From Mycobacterium sp. (GTDB taxonomy: Bacteria > Actinomycetota > Actinomycetes > Mycobacteriales > Mycobacteriaceae), in assembly GCA_051306175.1 (NCBI GenBank), contig JBPPMS010000127.1, positions 4,276-68,275 on the forward strand: a DNA stretch of 64,000 nt. Direction: 5' to 3'. The notes under the pieces are model-generated. The model ran no database searches and was not told where the DNA came from. It saw nothing but the letters and a program-made list of their open reading frames with translations. The number at the start of each line of letters is the position of its first letter. The stretch's first letter is position 1. This document shows positions 18,898 through 33,471 of this stretch, in pieces. The position numbers and the translations under genes were made by a program.

Positions 18898-18950
18898 CTG
18901 TGCAGGTTGTGACCGCTGTTCTGCGGATTGTGCGGTCAGAACATGCACAG
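18898..18950. repeat. 19-bp imperfect inverted repeat (17/19) with a 15-nt loop; its left arm repeats the 17911-17926 motif; probable bidirectional terminator
   Basis: The left arm CTGTGCAGGTTGTGACCGC (18898-18916) pairs with the right arm GCGGTCAGAACATGCACAG (18932-18950). It lies between the convergent DUF559 and amidase genes. Confidence 0.5.
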
Positions 18951-18959
18951 TCGATGCGG

Positions 18960-20591
18960 TTAGGGGCTGACCGCAGGCGTGAAGCGCTCCAGCTGCACTG
19001 GCGGGCCGGACACTAGGGGCGGCAGTTCCTCGGCGACACCGTCGATCACCCGGGTGACGGTGCCGTGCTCGCGGTCGAAGTTCAGCGTCCCGTGCTGGAA
19101 ATTCTGCACGATCCATAGCGGCTCCTGGATCTCGCCGCTGGTGGGCAGGCCGAGGGCACTCCGTTCGTAGCCCAACGACGCCCACGTCTGGTAGATCGCT
19201 CCGGTCAGCGGCGCTGCGCCGGTCTCGGGTGACCAATAGACGGCCCCGTTGAGGAACGTCGCGTAGCGGGCGCTGCCGTCGCCCGCGGACTCAGGTGAGG
19301 TCGGGGCCCCGAGGGCGCCGGTCATGCCGCCTTCGGCCTGCCAGCGCGCGTAGATCGCGCCGCCCTCCATGCTGATCGCGAGGTCTTCGGGGCCCGGCGG
19401 ATCGTCGAATCGTGCCGCGATGTCACGGATTTGGCCGAGGGCGGCGTAGCCGGCGTCGCCGGGGCAGTCCGTATTGCCGACGTCTCGGTGCGTGAAGATC
19501 GTAGGCAGCGTGGGTGTCGCGCCCCCACTGAAGGTCGTGAAAAAGCCGCCCGCCGAGGTCAATTGGACGGTGCCGAGGGGGTCGACGTGGTCGAGGCCGA
19601 GTCGCCAGCCCAGCATGCGACCGACGGTGCGCAGCTGCACCGGCGTCGGGGGTTCGGCATCGAAGTTGCCCATCAGGGCGATGCCCCAGGTATTGGCGTT
19701 GAAGCCGCCGGTGTGGGATCCGAAGACCGGCATGTTGATGCCGCCCGCGCGTCCCTCGAACACCTGTCCGTACCGGTCGACGAGCGCGTTGTATGCGATG
19801 TCGCACCACCCGAGCGTGCGGGTGTGATAGGTGTAGATGGCGCGGACGATGGCAGCGGAGTCTTCCGGCCGGTAGTCGTTGCTGCCCGCGGTGTGATGCA
19901 CCACCGCCGCGCGAATACCGTTTTCGTACCGCGGTTCACCACACCGCATCGACTCGTCGGCGCCCCATTGCGCACGGGTGATGACGGTCGGCGGCATTCC
20001 TGGCGTCAGCACCCCAGTCGGCGGCAACCAGTTGGGATCCGCCGGAGCCTCCGGGGGGGCGATGAGCACCGCATTGAGATTGGTGCCGATGGGTTCTTCG
20101 ATCGTGGCCGGGCGGTAGCCCAGATCGTCGTCCGACTCGCCGACGGTCGCAGAGGCAACGGTGACGGGGGCACCCTCGGGGCGGGTGATGGCGATCTGGA
20201 CCACGGTGGTGGAGCCGACGAACACCGGCTCGGTGCCCTGCGGAGGTGCGTCGGCAGTCTGGTCGCTGCTCGACGATTCGACGGTGTGCGCTTCGTACCA
20301 GGGGCCCCATGTTCCGCTGGGCTGCAGTGCGCGTACCTCGGTCGACGTGCCGGTGAGATCGTCGCCGGTGAGCGCCACCAGGCTGAACGGGGTGGGCTGG
20401 CTGATCTCGCGAACGGTACGGCCGCCGGGTACGTCCGCCAACGGCTGCTCGATCAGTGCGGTATCGGCCGCGTCCGGCGTTGACGGCTCCGGCTCGGCGC
20501 CCGGCACACCGCTGACCGCCCACGGCAGGATCACGACAGTCGCCGCGATGGCGGTGAAGAGAATCGGCGGCGCAGGGAGACGTGACAGCAC
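18960..20591 (-). CDS. Secreted N-acetylmuramoyl-L-alanine amidase (PGRP/amidase_2) domain protein with C-terminal LGFP repeats (Rv3811-like)
   Basis: A signal-like N-terminus is followed by ITRAQWGADES...AAVVHHTAGSNDY...CDIAYNALVD. The C-terminal repeats read GALGAPTSPE...GAVYWSPETGA and LGLPTSGE...QNFQHGTLNF. Confidence 0.88.
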   Translation of the reverse strand: MLSRLPAPPILFTAIAATVVILPWAVSGVPGAEPEPSTPDAADTALIEQPLADVPGGRTVREISQPTPFSLVALTGDDLTGTSTEVRALQPSGTWGPWYEAHTVESSSSDQTADAPPQGTEPVFVGSTTVVQIAITRPEGAPVTVASATVGESDDDLGYRPATIEEPIGTNLNAVLIAPPEAPADPNWLPPTGVLTPGMPPTVITRAQWGADESMRCGEPRYENGIRAAVVHHTAGSNDYRPEDSAAIVRAIYTYHTRTLGWCDIAYNALVDRYGQVFEGRAGGINMPVFGSHTGGFNANTWGIALMGNFDAEPPTPVQLRTVGRMLGWRLGLDHVDPLGTVQLTSAGGFFTTFSGGATPTLPTIFTHRDVGNTDCPGDAGYAALGQIRDIAARFDDPPGPEDLAISMEGGAIYARWQAEGGMTGALGAPTSPESAGDGSARYATFLNGAVYWSPETGAAPLTGAIYQTWASLGYERSALGLPTSGEIQEPLWIVQNFQHGTLNFDREHGTVTRVIDGVAEELPPLVSGPPVQLERFTPAVSP

Positions 20592-20663
20592 GGACTGATG
20601 TTACGCATGGGATTGGTGTTACTTGTGGTACGACACGGCGATGACGCCGCTCGAAGGTGCAAC

Positions 20664-20697
20664 GGCACCGCAGGCGGGCGGGTGTGCCTGCGGTGCC
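20664..20697 (-). terminator. Perfect 12-bp GC-rich hairpin 15 nt downstream of the erp stop
   Basis: GGCACCGCAGGC (20664-20675), a 10-nt loop, then GCCTGCGGTGCC (20686-20697). Confidence 0.55.
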
Positions 20698-20711
20698 GTT
20701 TTGATACAGGT

Positions 20712-21497
20712 CTATCCCGGCGCGGGTGCCGGCACTTCCGGCACGGCTGCCGCTGGTGCCTGCGCGGACTGTGCCGCCGACATGATGGTGGGCATCACGA
20801 CGCCCTTGAGCAGATCGATCGCCTGGCCGATGCCGAGTTGCTGCGCGGCGCTGGTCAGATCGCTGAACAATCCCGTGTCGGTGGGCGCCGTCGGCCCGTA
20901 AGCCAACGACGGATCACCCAGGATCGGGTACATGCCAAGGTCCGGGGTCGTGATCGGGACTTCGTTCGGCAGTACGCCCGTCAGCGACGGATCCAGCCCG
21001 AGCGAGGGGGTGGTGAGGCCCGGCGTGGTGAGGCCGGGCGTGGTGAGGCCGGGCGTGGTGAGGCCCGGCGTGGTGAGGCCCGGCGTGGTGAGCGCGGGGT
21101 CGGTAAGAGCCGGATTGGTCAGGCCGGGGTCGGTCAGCGACGGCGTGGTCAGTCCGGGAGTGGTCAACCCCGGTGTGTTGAGCCCAGGCGTCGTCAGGCC
21201 CGGCGTCGTTAACGCGGGACTGGTCAGTCCCGTGCCCAACGACGGGCTTGCCGCAGCGCCGGGGATCCCGGCGGGCAGGTTGATCCCGAACTGCGAGAGA
21301 CCCTGCGAGAGCGCAGACATCAGTTCATCCGGGAGGTCGGTGACGACGGCTGCCTGCACGAACTCACGGTGTTGCGGTTCTGGTTCGGGCGCGGCGGTCA
21401 AATCGGTCACGGCGAAAGCAGCTATTGGACTCGCGACTGCCACCGCGGCCACCGCGCTCATGGCTTTCGAGACCTTGCGTCGGGGTCGGTAGGGCAC
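20712..21497 (-). CDS. erp: Exported repetitive protein Erp (PGLTS-repeat cell-surface protein)
   Basis: VPYRPRRKVSKAMSAVAAVAVASP...TDLPDELMSALSQGLSQFGINLP opens the protein, followed by about 15 P(G/A)LT(T/D/N) pentapeptide repeats and a C-terminus AIDLLKGVVMPTIMSA. It is collinear with my recollection of Mtb Erp. A GAGGAG SD precedes the GTG at 21497. Confidence 0.92.
   Translation of the reverse strand: MPYRPRRKVSKAMSAVAAVAVASPIAAFAVTDLTAAPEPEPQHREFVQAAVVTDLPDELMSALSQGLSQFGINLPAGIPGAAASPSLGTGLTSPALTTPGLTTPGLNTPGLTTPGLTTPSLTDPGLTNPALTDPALTTPGLTTPGLTTPGLTTPGLTTPGLTTPSLGLDPSLTGVLPNEVPITTPDLGMYPILGDPSLAYGPTAPTDTGLFSDLTSAAQQLGIGQAIDLLKGVVMPTIMSAAQSAQAPAAAVPEVPAPAPG
21012..21236. repeat. About 15 tandem 15-bp units encoding the Erp PGLTT repeats
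   Basis: There are five near-identical units GGTGAGGCC(C/G)GGCGT at 21012-21086, then progressively diverged units up to 21236. Confidence 0.9.
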
Positions 21498-21528
21498 GGA
21501 AGTCTCCTCAATGTCGACTACGTGTTGT

Positions 21529-21555
21529 CGGTTACGGATAAGCGGTTACGGATAA
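21529..21555. promoter_or_regulatory. Tandem direct repeat CGGTTACGGATAA x2 (14-nt period) in the erp-glf divergent intergenic region
   Basis: The two copies at 21529-21541 and 21543-21555 are identical. They lie 32-58 nt upstream of the erp GTG. Confidence 0.35.
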
Positions 21556-21649
21556 AGGCCCTGCGTCGGGATAGTTGGCAGGGCCAACGAAGTCGATGGT
21601 ACTGATGTGATTGCTGTGGTAGAAGTTGCGAGACCGAATCGTGAGGTAA

Positions 21650-24931
<3,282 letters not shown>

Positions 24932-24945
<14 letters not shown>

Positions 24946-25462
24946 CGTGGGATCTGCGGAGGTTGACGCGCTCGTCGCCGTGCAAGCCGCCCTGGCTGAC
25001 AAGGCGGGAGTGCTCACAGGTGCGCGCGCTCTGTCACATTTCGGCGAGCACAGTCTCGGGTGGTTCGCGGTGTCGGCCGTCGGGGCGCTCGCCGTCCCTG
25101 CCAGGAGGTGCGACTGGCTGGCAGTCGGCGTCGGCGCGTTCCTGGCGCACGCGGCGGCGGTGTTGATCAAGCGCGTGGTGCGACGCGAACGTCCCCACGA
25201 TCCGGCGATCGCGGTTCACGTCGGTACGCCGAGCAGGCTGAGCTTCCCGTCGGCGCACGCCACGTCCACCACCGCCGCAGCGATTCTGCTGCAGCGGGCC
25301 ACCGGCTTGCCGCTGTCGGCGGTCCTGGTGCCCCCGATGGTGGTGTCACGCATGGTGCTGGGCGTGCACTACCCCAGCGATGTCGCCACCGGCGTACTGG
25401 TTGGCGTCGCGGTAGCCAAGGCGGTCAGCTTCACAGTCGAAGCGAGGAGTCACCAACGATGA
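24932..25462 (+). CDS. PAP2-family phosphatase (decaprenylphosphoryl-5-phosphoribose phosphatase, Rv3807c-like)
   Basis: KRVVRRERP...SFPSAHATS...GVHYPSDV are the three PAP2 motifs. The TTG at 24932 overlaps glfT2 by 14 nt; an alternative GTG lies at 24947. Confidence 0.85.
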
Positions 25463-26376
25463 GCGAAGAGGCGGCGCCGGTCACCGGCCCCCCGAAGAAC
25501 CTGCCCACCGGGATCATCAAGGCGGTCAGGCCGCGTCAGTGGGTGAAGAACCTACTGGTGCTCGCCGCTCCGCTGGCGGCGCTCGGCGACGATCGGTATG
25601 ACTATAACTACCAGGACGTACTGGTCAAGGCACTCATCGCGTTCGTGGTGTTCTGCCTGGCCGCGTCCTGCGTCTACCTCGTGAACGACGCCCGCGACGT
25701 CGAGGCCGACCGGCAACACCCGACCAAGCGGTTCCGGCCGATCGCCGCAGGTGTGGTGCCCGAATCGCTGGCTTACACGCTGGCGGTGGTGCTCGGGGTG
25801 GCGTCGCTGGCGATCTCCTGGCTGGTGACCCCCAATCTGGCGCTGGTCATTGCCATTTACATCGCGATTCAGTTGGCATACTGCTTCGGGCTCAAACACC
25901 AAGCGGTGCTGGACATCTGCATCGTGTCCTCGGGGTTCCTGATCCGCGCCATCGCGGGCGGGGTGGCGGCAGGCGTGCCGCTTTCGCAGTGGTTCCTGCT
26001 GGTGATGGCGTTCGGGTCGCTGTTCATGGCCGCGGGCAAGCGGTATGCCGAGTTGCAGCTCGTCGAACGCACCGGCGCCAAGATCCGCAAGTCGCTCGAG
26101 GCGTACACCAGCACCTATCTGCGGTTCGTCTGGACACTGTCGGCCACCGCGGTGGTGTTGTGTTACGGGCTGTTCGCCTTCGAGCGCGACGGCGGTGGCG
26201 GGTCCTGGTACGCGGTGTCGATGATTCCGTTCACCGTCGCGATCCTGCGGTACGCGATCGACGTCGACAGCGGCCTGGCCGGCGAACCCGAAGAGATCGC
26301 CCTGCGCGACCGGGTGTTGCAGTTCCTCGGGTTGGCGTGGATCGGAACCGTCTGTGCCGCAATCATCTTCGGCTGA
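25459..26376 (+). CDS. ubiA: Decaprenyl-phosphate 5-phosphoribosyltransferase (UbiA family, Rv3806c)
   Basis: The ATG overlaps the PAP2 stop (ATGA). RPRQWVKNLLV...YLVNDARDVEADRQHPTKRFRPIA is the UbiA NDxxD motif. The protein is polytopic. Confidence 0.93.
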   Translation: MSEEAAPVTGPPKNLPTGIIKAVRPRQWVKNLLVLAAPLAALGDDRYDYNYQDVLVKALIAFVVFCLAASCVYLVNDARDVEADRQHPTKRFRPIAAGVVPESLAYTLAVVLGVASLAISWLVTPNLALVIAIYIAIQLAYCFGLKHQAVLDICIVSSGFLIRAIAGGVAAGVPLSQWFLLVMAFGSLFMAAGKRYAELQLVERTGAKIRKSLEAYTSTYLRFVWTLSATAVVLCYGLFAFERDGGGGSWYAVSMIPFTVAILRYAIDVDSGLAGEPEEIALRDRVLQFLGLAWIGTVCAAIIFG

Positions 26377-28456
26377 CAGGGGTAGGGCAGCAACGGCCGG
26401 CTGGCCCGCCTTCCCCCTCGACGTTTCGCTGCGGATCAGCCTGTGGACTGGTGTTCTCATCGTGGCGGCGCTGTTCGGCTGGGGTGCCTGGCAGCGCCGC
26501 TGGATCGCCGACGACGGGCTGATCGTGCTGCGCACTGTGCGCAACCTGTTGGCGGGCAACGGTCCGGTGTTCAACGCGGGGGAGCGGGTCGAATCGAACA
26601 CTTCGACCGTGTGGACCTACCTGTTGACGCTCGGCGGATGGGTGGGTGGTCCGGCGCGGCTGGAGTATGTGGCGCTCGCCATCGCGCTCGTGCTGAGCGT
26701 GCTCGGAGTGGTGCTGGCGATGGTGGGTGCTGCCCGCTTGTATGCCCCCAGCCTGGAGGGCAGGCGCGGCCTGTTGCTGCCCGCAGGCGCACTTGTGTAC
26801 ATCGCCATCCCCCCCGCACGCGACTTCGCGACGTCCGGTTTGGAGAACGGTCTGGTGCTGACCTACGTCGGGCTGCTGTGGTGGATGATGGTCTGCTGGT
26901 CCCAGGCACTGCGGGTGCAGGCGCGTGCGATGGGGGACGACGCAGCCCCGCGCCGCCCCGCGCTGGCGCGGCGCGGCAGCCCCGCGGCCCGGGTGGCGGT
27001 GGACGAGTCGGGGCGCAACGCAGCGGGCCCGCGGTTCACCGCCGCGTTGGCTGCGGTCGCGGGTTTGTCGGTTCTGGTGCGACCGGAACTGGCCTTGATG
27101 GGCGTGGGCGCCCTGCTCATGATGGTGATCGCGGCGCGTGGGTGGCGGCGGCGCCTGCTGATCGTCTCTGCGGGTGGGCTGATACCGGTGGCCTATCAGA
27201 TCTTCCGGATGGGCTACTACGGCCTCGTGGTGCCTGCCACTGCTGTCGCCAAGGACGCGTCGGGTTCGAAGTGGTCACAGGGCTTCCTCTACCTCGCCAA
27301 CTTCGATGCTCCGTACAACCTGTGGGTCCCCGCCCTGTTGCTGCTGGGCGCGGGCACGGTACTGCTGATCGCGCGCAGCAGGCCGTGGTGGATCCGTCAC
27401 ACCGTGCCCTCTGGATACAACAGGGTGGCTCGCACCCTGCAAAGCCCGCTGGCGGTGGTGGCTCTGATGCTGGCCACAGGTTTGGTGATGGGCGTTTACA
27501 CCATCAGGCAGGGCGGCGACTTCATGCACGGCCGGGTTTTGCTGACACCGGTCTTTTGCCTGCTGGTTCCGGTCGCGGTCATTCCTGTGGTACTGCCCGG
27601 CCAGGGCGAGCGAAGCGACGGGGGAAAGATCGCGACCCGGCTGACTCGCGAAACGGGGTATCTGCTGGCAGGCGTGACGAGCCTGCTGTGGATTGCAGTG
27701 GCGGGGTGGTCGCTGTGGGCGGCAAACTCGCCGGGTATGAGCGACGGCGGCACCAGGGTGACGTATTCCGGCATCGTCGACGAGCGCCGGTTCTACGCCC
27801 AGGCCACGGGGCACGCGCATCCCCTGACCGCCGCCGACTATCTGGACTACCCACGGATGCGCTCGGCGTTGGTGGCGCTCAACAACACTCCCGACGGAGC
27901 GCTGCTGCTCCCGTCAGGAAACTACGACCAGTGGGACGTCGTTCCTGCGATCCCGCTGCCGCCGGACGCACCACCGGAAGTGGTGGACAACTACGACCCA
28001 CCTCACACGGTGTTCTTCACCAATCTCGGCATGTTGGGAATGAACGTCGGGTTGGACGTGAGGGTGCTTGACCAGATCGGTCTGGCAAACCCCATCGCGG
28101 CCCACACCCAACGTCTGGAGGACGGCCGGATAGGCCACGACAAAGACCTTTTCCCCGACTGGTTGGTCGCCGACGGCCCTTTCATTAAGACCTATCCGTA
28201 CATCCCGCCGTACCTCGACGAGGACTGGATCGCACAGGCCCAGGTGGCGCTGCAGTGCCGCGAGACCGATGCGCTGCTGACGTCCGTTCGCGGGCCCATG
28301 GGCCCGCGCAGGTTCGTGTCAAACGTGCTGCATGCGCTGGAGTTCACGTCGTACCGGATCGATCGGGTGCCTGCCTACGAGCTTGAGCGCTGTGGTCTGG
28401 ATGCGCCGGTTCCGAGGGGCACCCGTTACACTGGCTTACCGGCAACAGGCCCCTGA
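26354..28456 (+). CDS. aftB: Terminal beta-(1->2) arabinofuranosyltransferase AftB (GT-C)
   Basis: WQRRWIADDGLIVLRTVRNLLAGNGPVFNAGERVESNTSTVW matches the recalled Mtb AftB N-terminus. The start is uncertain: the GTG at 26354 overlaps ubiA by 23 nt, and I saw no canonical start nearer the conserved region. Confidence 0.88.
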   Translation: MPQSSSADRGRAATAGWPAFPLDVSLRISLWTGVLIVAALFGWGAWQRRWIADDGLIVLRTVRNLLAGNGPVFNAGERVESNTSTVWTYLLTLGGWVGGPARLEYVALAIALVLSVLGVVLAMVGAARLYAPSLEGRRGLLLPAGALVYIAIPPARDFATSGLENGLVLTYVGLLWWMMVCWSQALRVQARAMGDDAAPRRPALARRGSPAARVAVDESGRNAAGPRFTAALAAVAGLSVLVRPELALMGVGALLMMVIAARGWRRRLLIVSAGGLIPVAYQIFRMGYYGLVVPATAVAKDASGSKWSQGFLYLANFDAPYNLWVPALLLLGAGTVLLIARSRPWWIRHTVPSGYNRVARTLQSPLAVVALMLATGLVMGVYTIRQGGDFMHGRVLLTPVFCLLVPVAVIPVVLPGQGERSDGGKIATRLTRETGYLLAGVTSLLWIAVAGWSLWAANSPGMSDGGTRVTYSGIVDERRFYAQATGHAHPLTAADYLDYPRMRSALVALNNTPDGALLLPSGNYDQWDVVPAIPLPPDAPPEVVDNYDPPHTVFFTNLGMLGMNVGLDVRVLDQIGLANPIAAHTQRLEDGRIGHDKDLFPDWLVADGPFIKTYPYIPPYLDEDWIAQAQVALQCRETDALLTSVRGPMGPRRFVSNVLHALEFTSYRIDRVPAYELERCGLDAPVPRGTRYTGLPATGP

Positions 28457-28516
28457 CAGTTAGCTGACCGGGAACCCTGCTGGTAACGCCGTCCGGGTGT
28501 GGCGGCGATACCCAGT

Positions 28517-29575
<1,059 letters not shown>

Positions 29576-29619
29576 GCGCCGATCACACGACAAGAGCAAT
29601 CGCACCACATTGTGGTTGA

Positions 29620-30735
<1,116 letters not shown>

Positions 30736-30805
30736 GTAGTCACGCCGGCACCCGTTTCCTGGCTCGGTGTGGTGTGGAACACTGACCTCGGGCAGGGGAC
30801 GCGAG

Positions 30806-31717
30806 GTGAGGGGTTTGACGTTGAGTAGAGCCTTGATGCGGCTGTGCGGTGCAGTGCTGGTGGCCTTCGGCTTGGTCGGCGCGAGCACGTCGACGGCGAC
30901 GGTCGCAGTCGCGGAGCCCGCCTTCGAACAGTTGATGGTCCCGTCGGCTGCGATGGGCCGCGACATCCCGGTGGCGTTCCTGCCGGGCGGACCGCATGCG
31001 GTGTATCTGCTGGATCCGTTCAACGCCCCACCTGACGTCAGCGCCTGGGTCACGCAGGGCAACGCGATGAACACCCTGGCGGGCAAGGGCATTTCCGTGG
31101 TAGCGCCCGCTGGCGGTGCGTACAGCATGTACACCAACTGGGAGCAGGACGGCAGCAAGCAATGGGAGACGTTCCTCGTCTCCGAGCTGCCGGATTGGCT
31201 GTCGGCCAACAAGGGCCTCGCTCCCGGCGGACACGCGATCGTCGGTGCCGCGCAAGGCGGCACCGGTGCGGTGACGCTCGCGACCTTCCATCCGGGGCGG
31301 TTCGGCTTCGCCGGTTCGCTGTCGGGCTTTCTGACCCCGTCGAACACCTTTATGAACGGCGCCATCAGCGCAGGACTCCAGCAGTACGGTGGAGCGGACA
31401 TCCGCAATATGTGGGGCCTGCCGCAGCTCGGCCGCTGGAAGTGGCACGACCCGCAGGTGCACTCACAGTTGTTGGTGGCCAACAACACCCGACTCTGGGT
31501 GTATAGCCCGTCCACGCTGACGTGCAGCGATCCGGCCGCGATGATCGGCTACTGCGACCAGGCCCAGGGCAGTGCCAGGGCCTTCTACCAGAGCTACCGC
31601 ACCAACGGCGGGCAGAACGGGCGATTCGACTTCTCGCAGGGCGGTAATCACGATTGGTCGACGTGGGGTTCTCAGCTGGGAGCCATGTCCGGCGAACTGG
31701 TCGCCACGATCGCCTGA
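30806..31717 (+). CDS. fbpD: MPT51/FbpD-like Ag85-family protein (non-catalytic paralog)
   Basis: LMVPSAAMGRDIPVAFLPGGPHAVYLLDPFNA...GISVVAPAGGAYSMYTNWEQDGSKQWETFL tracks recalled MPT51. The nucleophile block reads VGAAQGGTGA, with no Ser. GTG at 30806 is preceded by GGGGA. Confidence 0.9.
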   Translation: MRGLTLSRALMRLCGAVLVAFGLVGASTSTATVAVAEPAFEQLMVPSAAMGRDIPVAFLPGGPHAVYLLDPFNAPPDVSAWVTQGNAMNTLAGKGISVVAPAGGAYSMYTNWEQDGSKQWETFLVSELPDWLSANKGLAPGGHAIVGAAQGGTGAVTLATFHPGRFGFAGSLSGFLTPSNTFMNGAISAGLQQYGGADIRNMWGLPQLGRWKWHDPQVHSQLLVANNTRLWVYSPSTLTCSDPAAMIGYCDQAQGSARAFYQSYRTNGGQNGRFDFSQGGNHDWSTWGSQLGAMSGELVATIA

Positions 31718-31777
31718 AGTACTCACCGCCGCGGTGCCGGTCCCCTCAGCCGGTACCGTGGAGGAGTGCTGCATACG

Positions 31778-32242
31778 GTGACGCGATCGCTACGGCGAGG
31801 GGCTGGCTTGTCAAAATTGCCGGTCACATCCCTCGCAGTGTCGTCGCTGGCGGTGCTGACGGTGGCTTGGCTGGTCTGCGGATGCTCACAGGGGCGCAGC
31901 ATGGTGGCGACGATGGCGCTCCCGAACGACGAACTGAACCAGGCGGAACTGGGCGGCCCGGACACCTACATGGCCCCGTCGAAGCAGCAGCACGAGTTCC
32001 TCGACGCGCTGGACCGGGCGGGAGTGCGCCCGTCGTCGGATCTGTCGGCGTTGACCATCGCGTCCTCCGTCTGCCAGGCCCGGGCGGCCGGGCAGGGCGA
32101 CCAGGCGGTGTGGGACTTCGTCGAACCGTTGGTCCGCGGGGATCTCGACACCTCTGATCAGAGCTCCGCCCACCCGTCGCAGATCGAAGTGGATGCCGCC
32201 ACCGCGAGCTACATCCGCATCGCGACTGAACGACTCTGCTAG
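31778..32242 (+). CDS. DUF732-like secreted or lipoprotein
   Basis: A signal sequence ends in a lipobox-like LVCGC. The mature part contains [11 protein letters not shown]...[10 protein letters not shown]...IRIATERLC, a DUF732-like Cys pattern. The start is ambiguous (31766, 31778 or 31808). Confidence 0.7.
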   Translation: MTRSLRRGAGLSKLPVTSLAVSSLAVLTVAWLVCGCSQGRSMVATMALPNDELNQAELGGPDTYMAPSKQQHEFLDALDRAGVRPSSDLSALTIASSVCQARAAGQGDQAVWDFVEPLVRGDLDTSDQSSAHPSQIEVDAATASYIRIATERLC

Positions 32243-32268
32243 CAGCAGAAATATGGCCAGGAGAGTGT

Positions 32269-33282
32269 GTGAAGCGTGACCGGCGGAAACGCCATCGGAT
32301 TCTGGGTTTGGCGGCCGCAGGGGCGGTTTCGCTCGTTGTTGCGCTGGTCGTGACGTTCGTCTGGCTGTACATGCGGTCAAGTCATTCCGAGCCCATAACG
32401 GTCAGCCCCCCGCAGGGTCAGCCGCAGACGGCTGTGACCCCGACACCCGGCGCCCCGTTGCCCGCGACTCAGGACGCCAGTTGTCCCGATGTGCAGATGG
32501 TGGTCGTGCCCGGCACGTGGGAATCGTCGGTGACCGACGATCCGTTCAATCCCACCCAGTTTCCGTTCGCGTTGCTGCGCAATGTGGCAGGGCCGGTGGC
32601 CGAGCAGGGTTACGACCTCGGACGGCTGGAGGTCTTCACCGTCCCCTACACGGCGCAGTTCCGGAACCCGTTCGTCTTGGACGGCCAGATGGACTACAAC
32701 AAGAGCCGGCAGGAGGGTCTGGACGCCACCCTGCGCACCATCACCGAGATGAACGCCAGGTGCCCGATCACCAGCTACGTGATTGTCGGGTTCTCGCAGG
32801 GCGCGGTAATCGCCGGTGACGTGGCCAACCAGATCGGCACCGGGAAGGGTCCGGTGGCCGCCGAGTTGGTCCTCGGTGTGACATTGATCGCCGACGGTCG
32901 GCGTGAAACAGGGGTCGGCGTGGACGTCCCGCCCACACCGGCGGGCCAAGGCGCCGAAATCACCCTGCACCAGATCCCGTTCCTGTCCACGATGGGACTG
33001 ACGATGTCCGGGTCGCGGCCTGGTGGTTTCGGGGCACTCAACGACCGCGTCAACCAGATCTGCGCCGACGGCGACTTGATCTGTTCAGCACCGGTAGAGG
33101 CTTTCGACGTCACCAACCTGCCCGAAACCCTCAAGGTTCTGACTGGTGGTGCCGGTCAGCCGGTGCACGCCATGTACGCGACGCCGGACTTCTGGAACTC
33201 TGGTGGACTGTCGGCGACGCAGTGGACCGCCAACTGGGCCATCGACAAGATCAACACAGCGCCGGAACGTGCTCATGGGTAA
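32269..33282 (+). CDS. Cutinase-like phospholipase/thioesterase (Culp6, Rv3802c-like)
   Basis: An N-terminal TM helix is followed by [15 protein letters not shown] and [11 protein letters not shown] (the GxSxG nucleophile). The position between fbpD and fadD32 matches Mtb. Confidence 0.9.
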   Translation: MKRDRRKRHRILGLAAAGAVSLVVALVVTFVWLYMRSSHSEPITVSPPQGQPQTAVTPTPGAPLPATQDASCPDVQMVVVPGTWESSVTDDPFNPTQFPFALLRNVAGPVAEQGYDLGRLEVFTVPYTAQFRNPFVLDGQMDYNKSRQEGLDATLRTITEMNARCPITSYVIVGFSQGAVIAGDVANQIGTGKGPVAAELVLGVTLIADGRRETGVGVDVPPTPAGQGAEITLHQIPFLSTMGLTMSGSRPGGFGALNDRVNQICADGDLICSAPVEAFDVTNLPETLKVLTGGAGQPVHAMYATPDFWNSGGLSATQWTANWAIDKINTAPERAHG

Positions 33283-33471
33283 CGATCGCGCGTCTGATTT
33301 GGCCGCCGTCACCGGGCCACCTATCTTTAAGAAAAATTTAAGAGCTGGAGGAATCGGTGCCCGGGCGAAACGGCGGGCTGCTGCGACGACCCCTGTACCA
33401 TCGCTCAGGGTTTTGGTCGTGCGCGCGCGCCGGACACCCCGACACGAATGCGTTTCGACAGGAGAAAAGGC

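Noticed and set aside
20598-21212. 204-aa ORF with GEAGRGEARRGEA repeats
   Set aside because: It is the antisense reading of the erp PGLTT repeat array. The erp frame has a signal peptide, an SD and collinearity with Mtb Erp.
26443-28071. 542-aa plus-strand ORF overlapping aftB
   Set aside because: It is an alternate frame of aftB with R/G-rich translation. The aftB frame carries the conserved GT-C N-terminal block.
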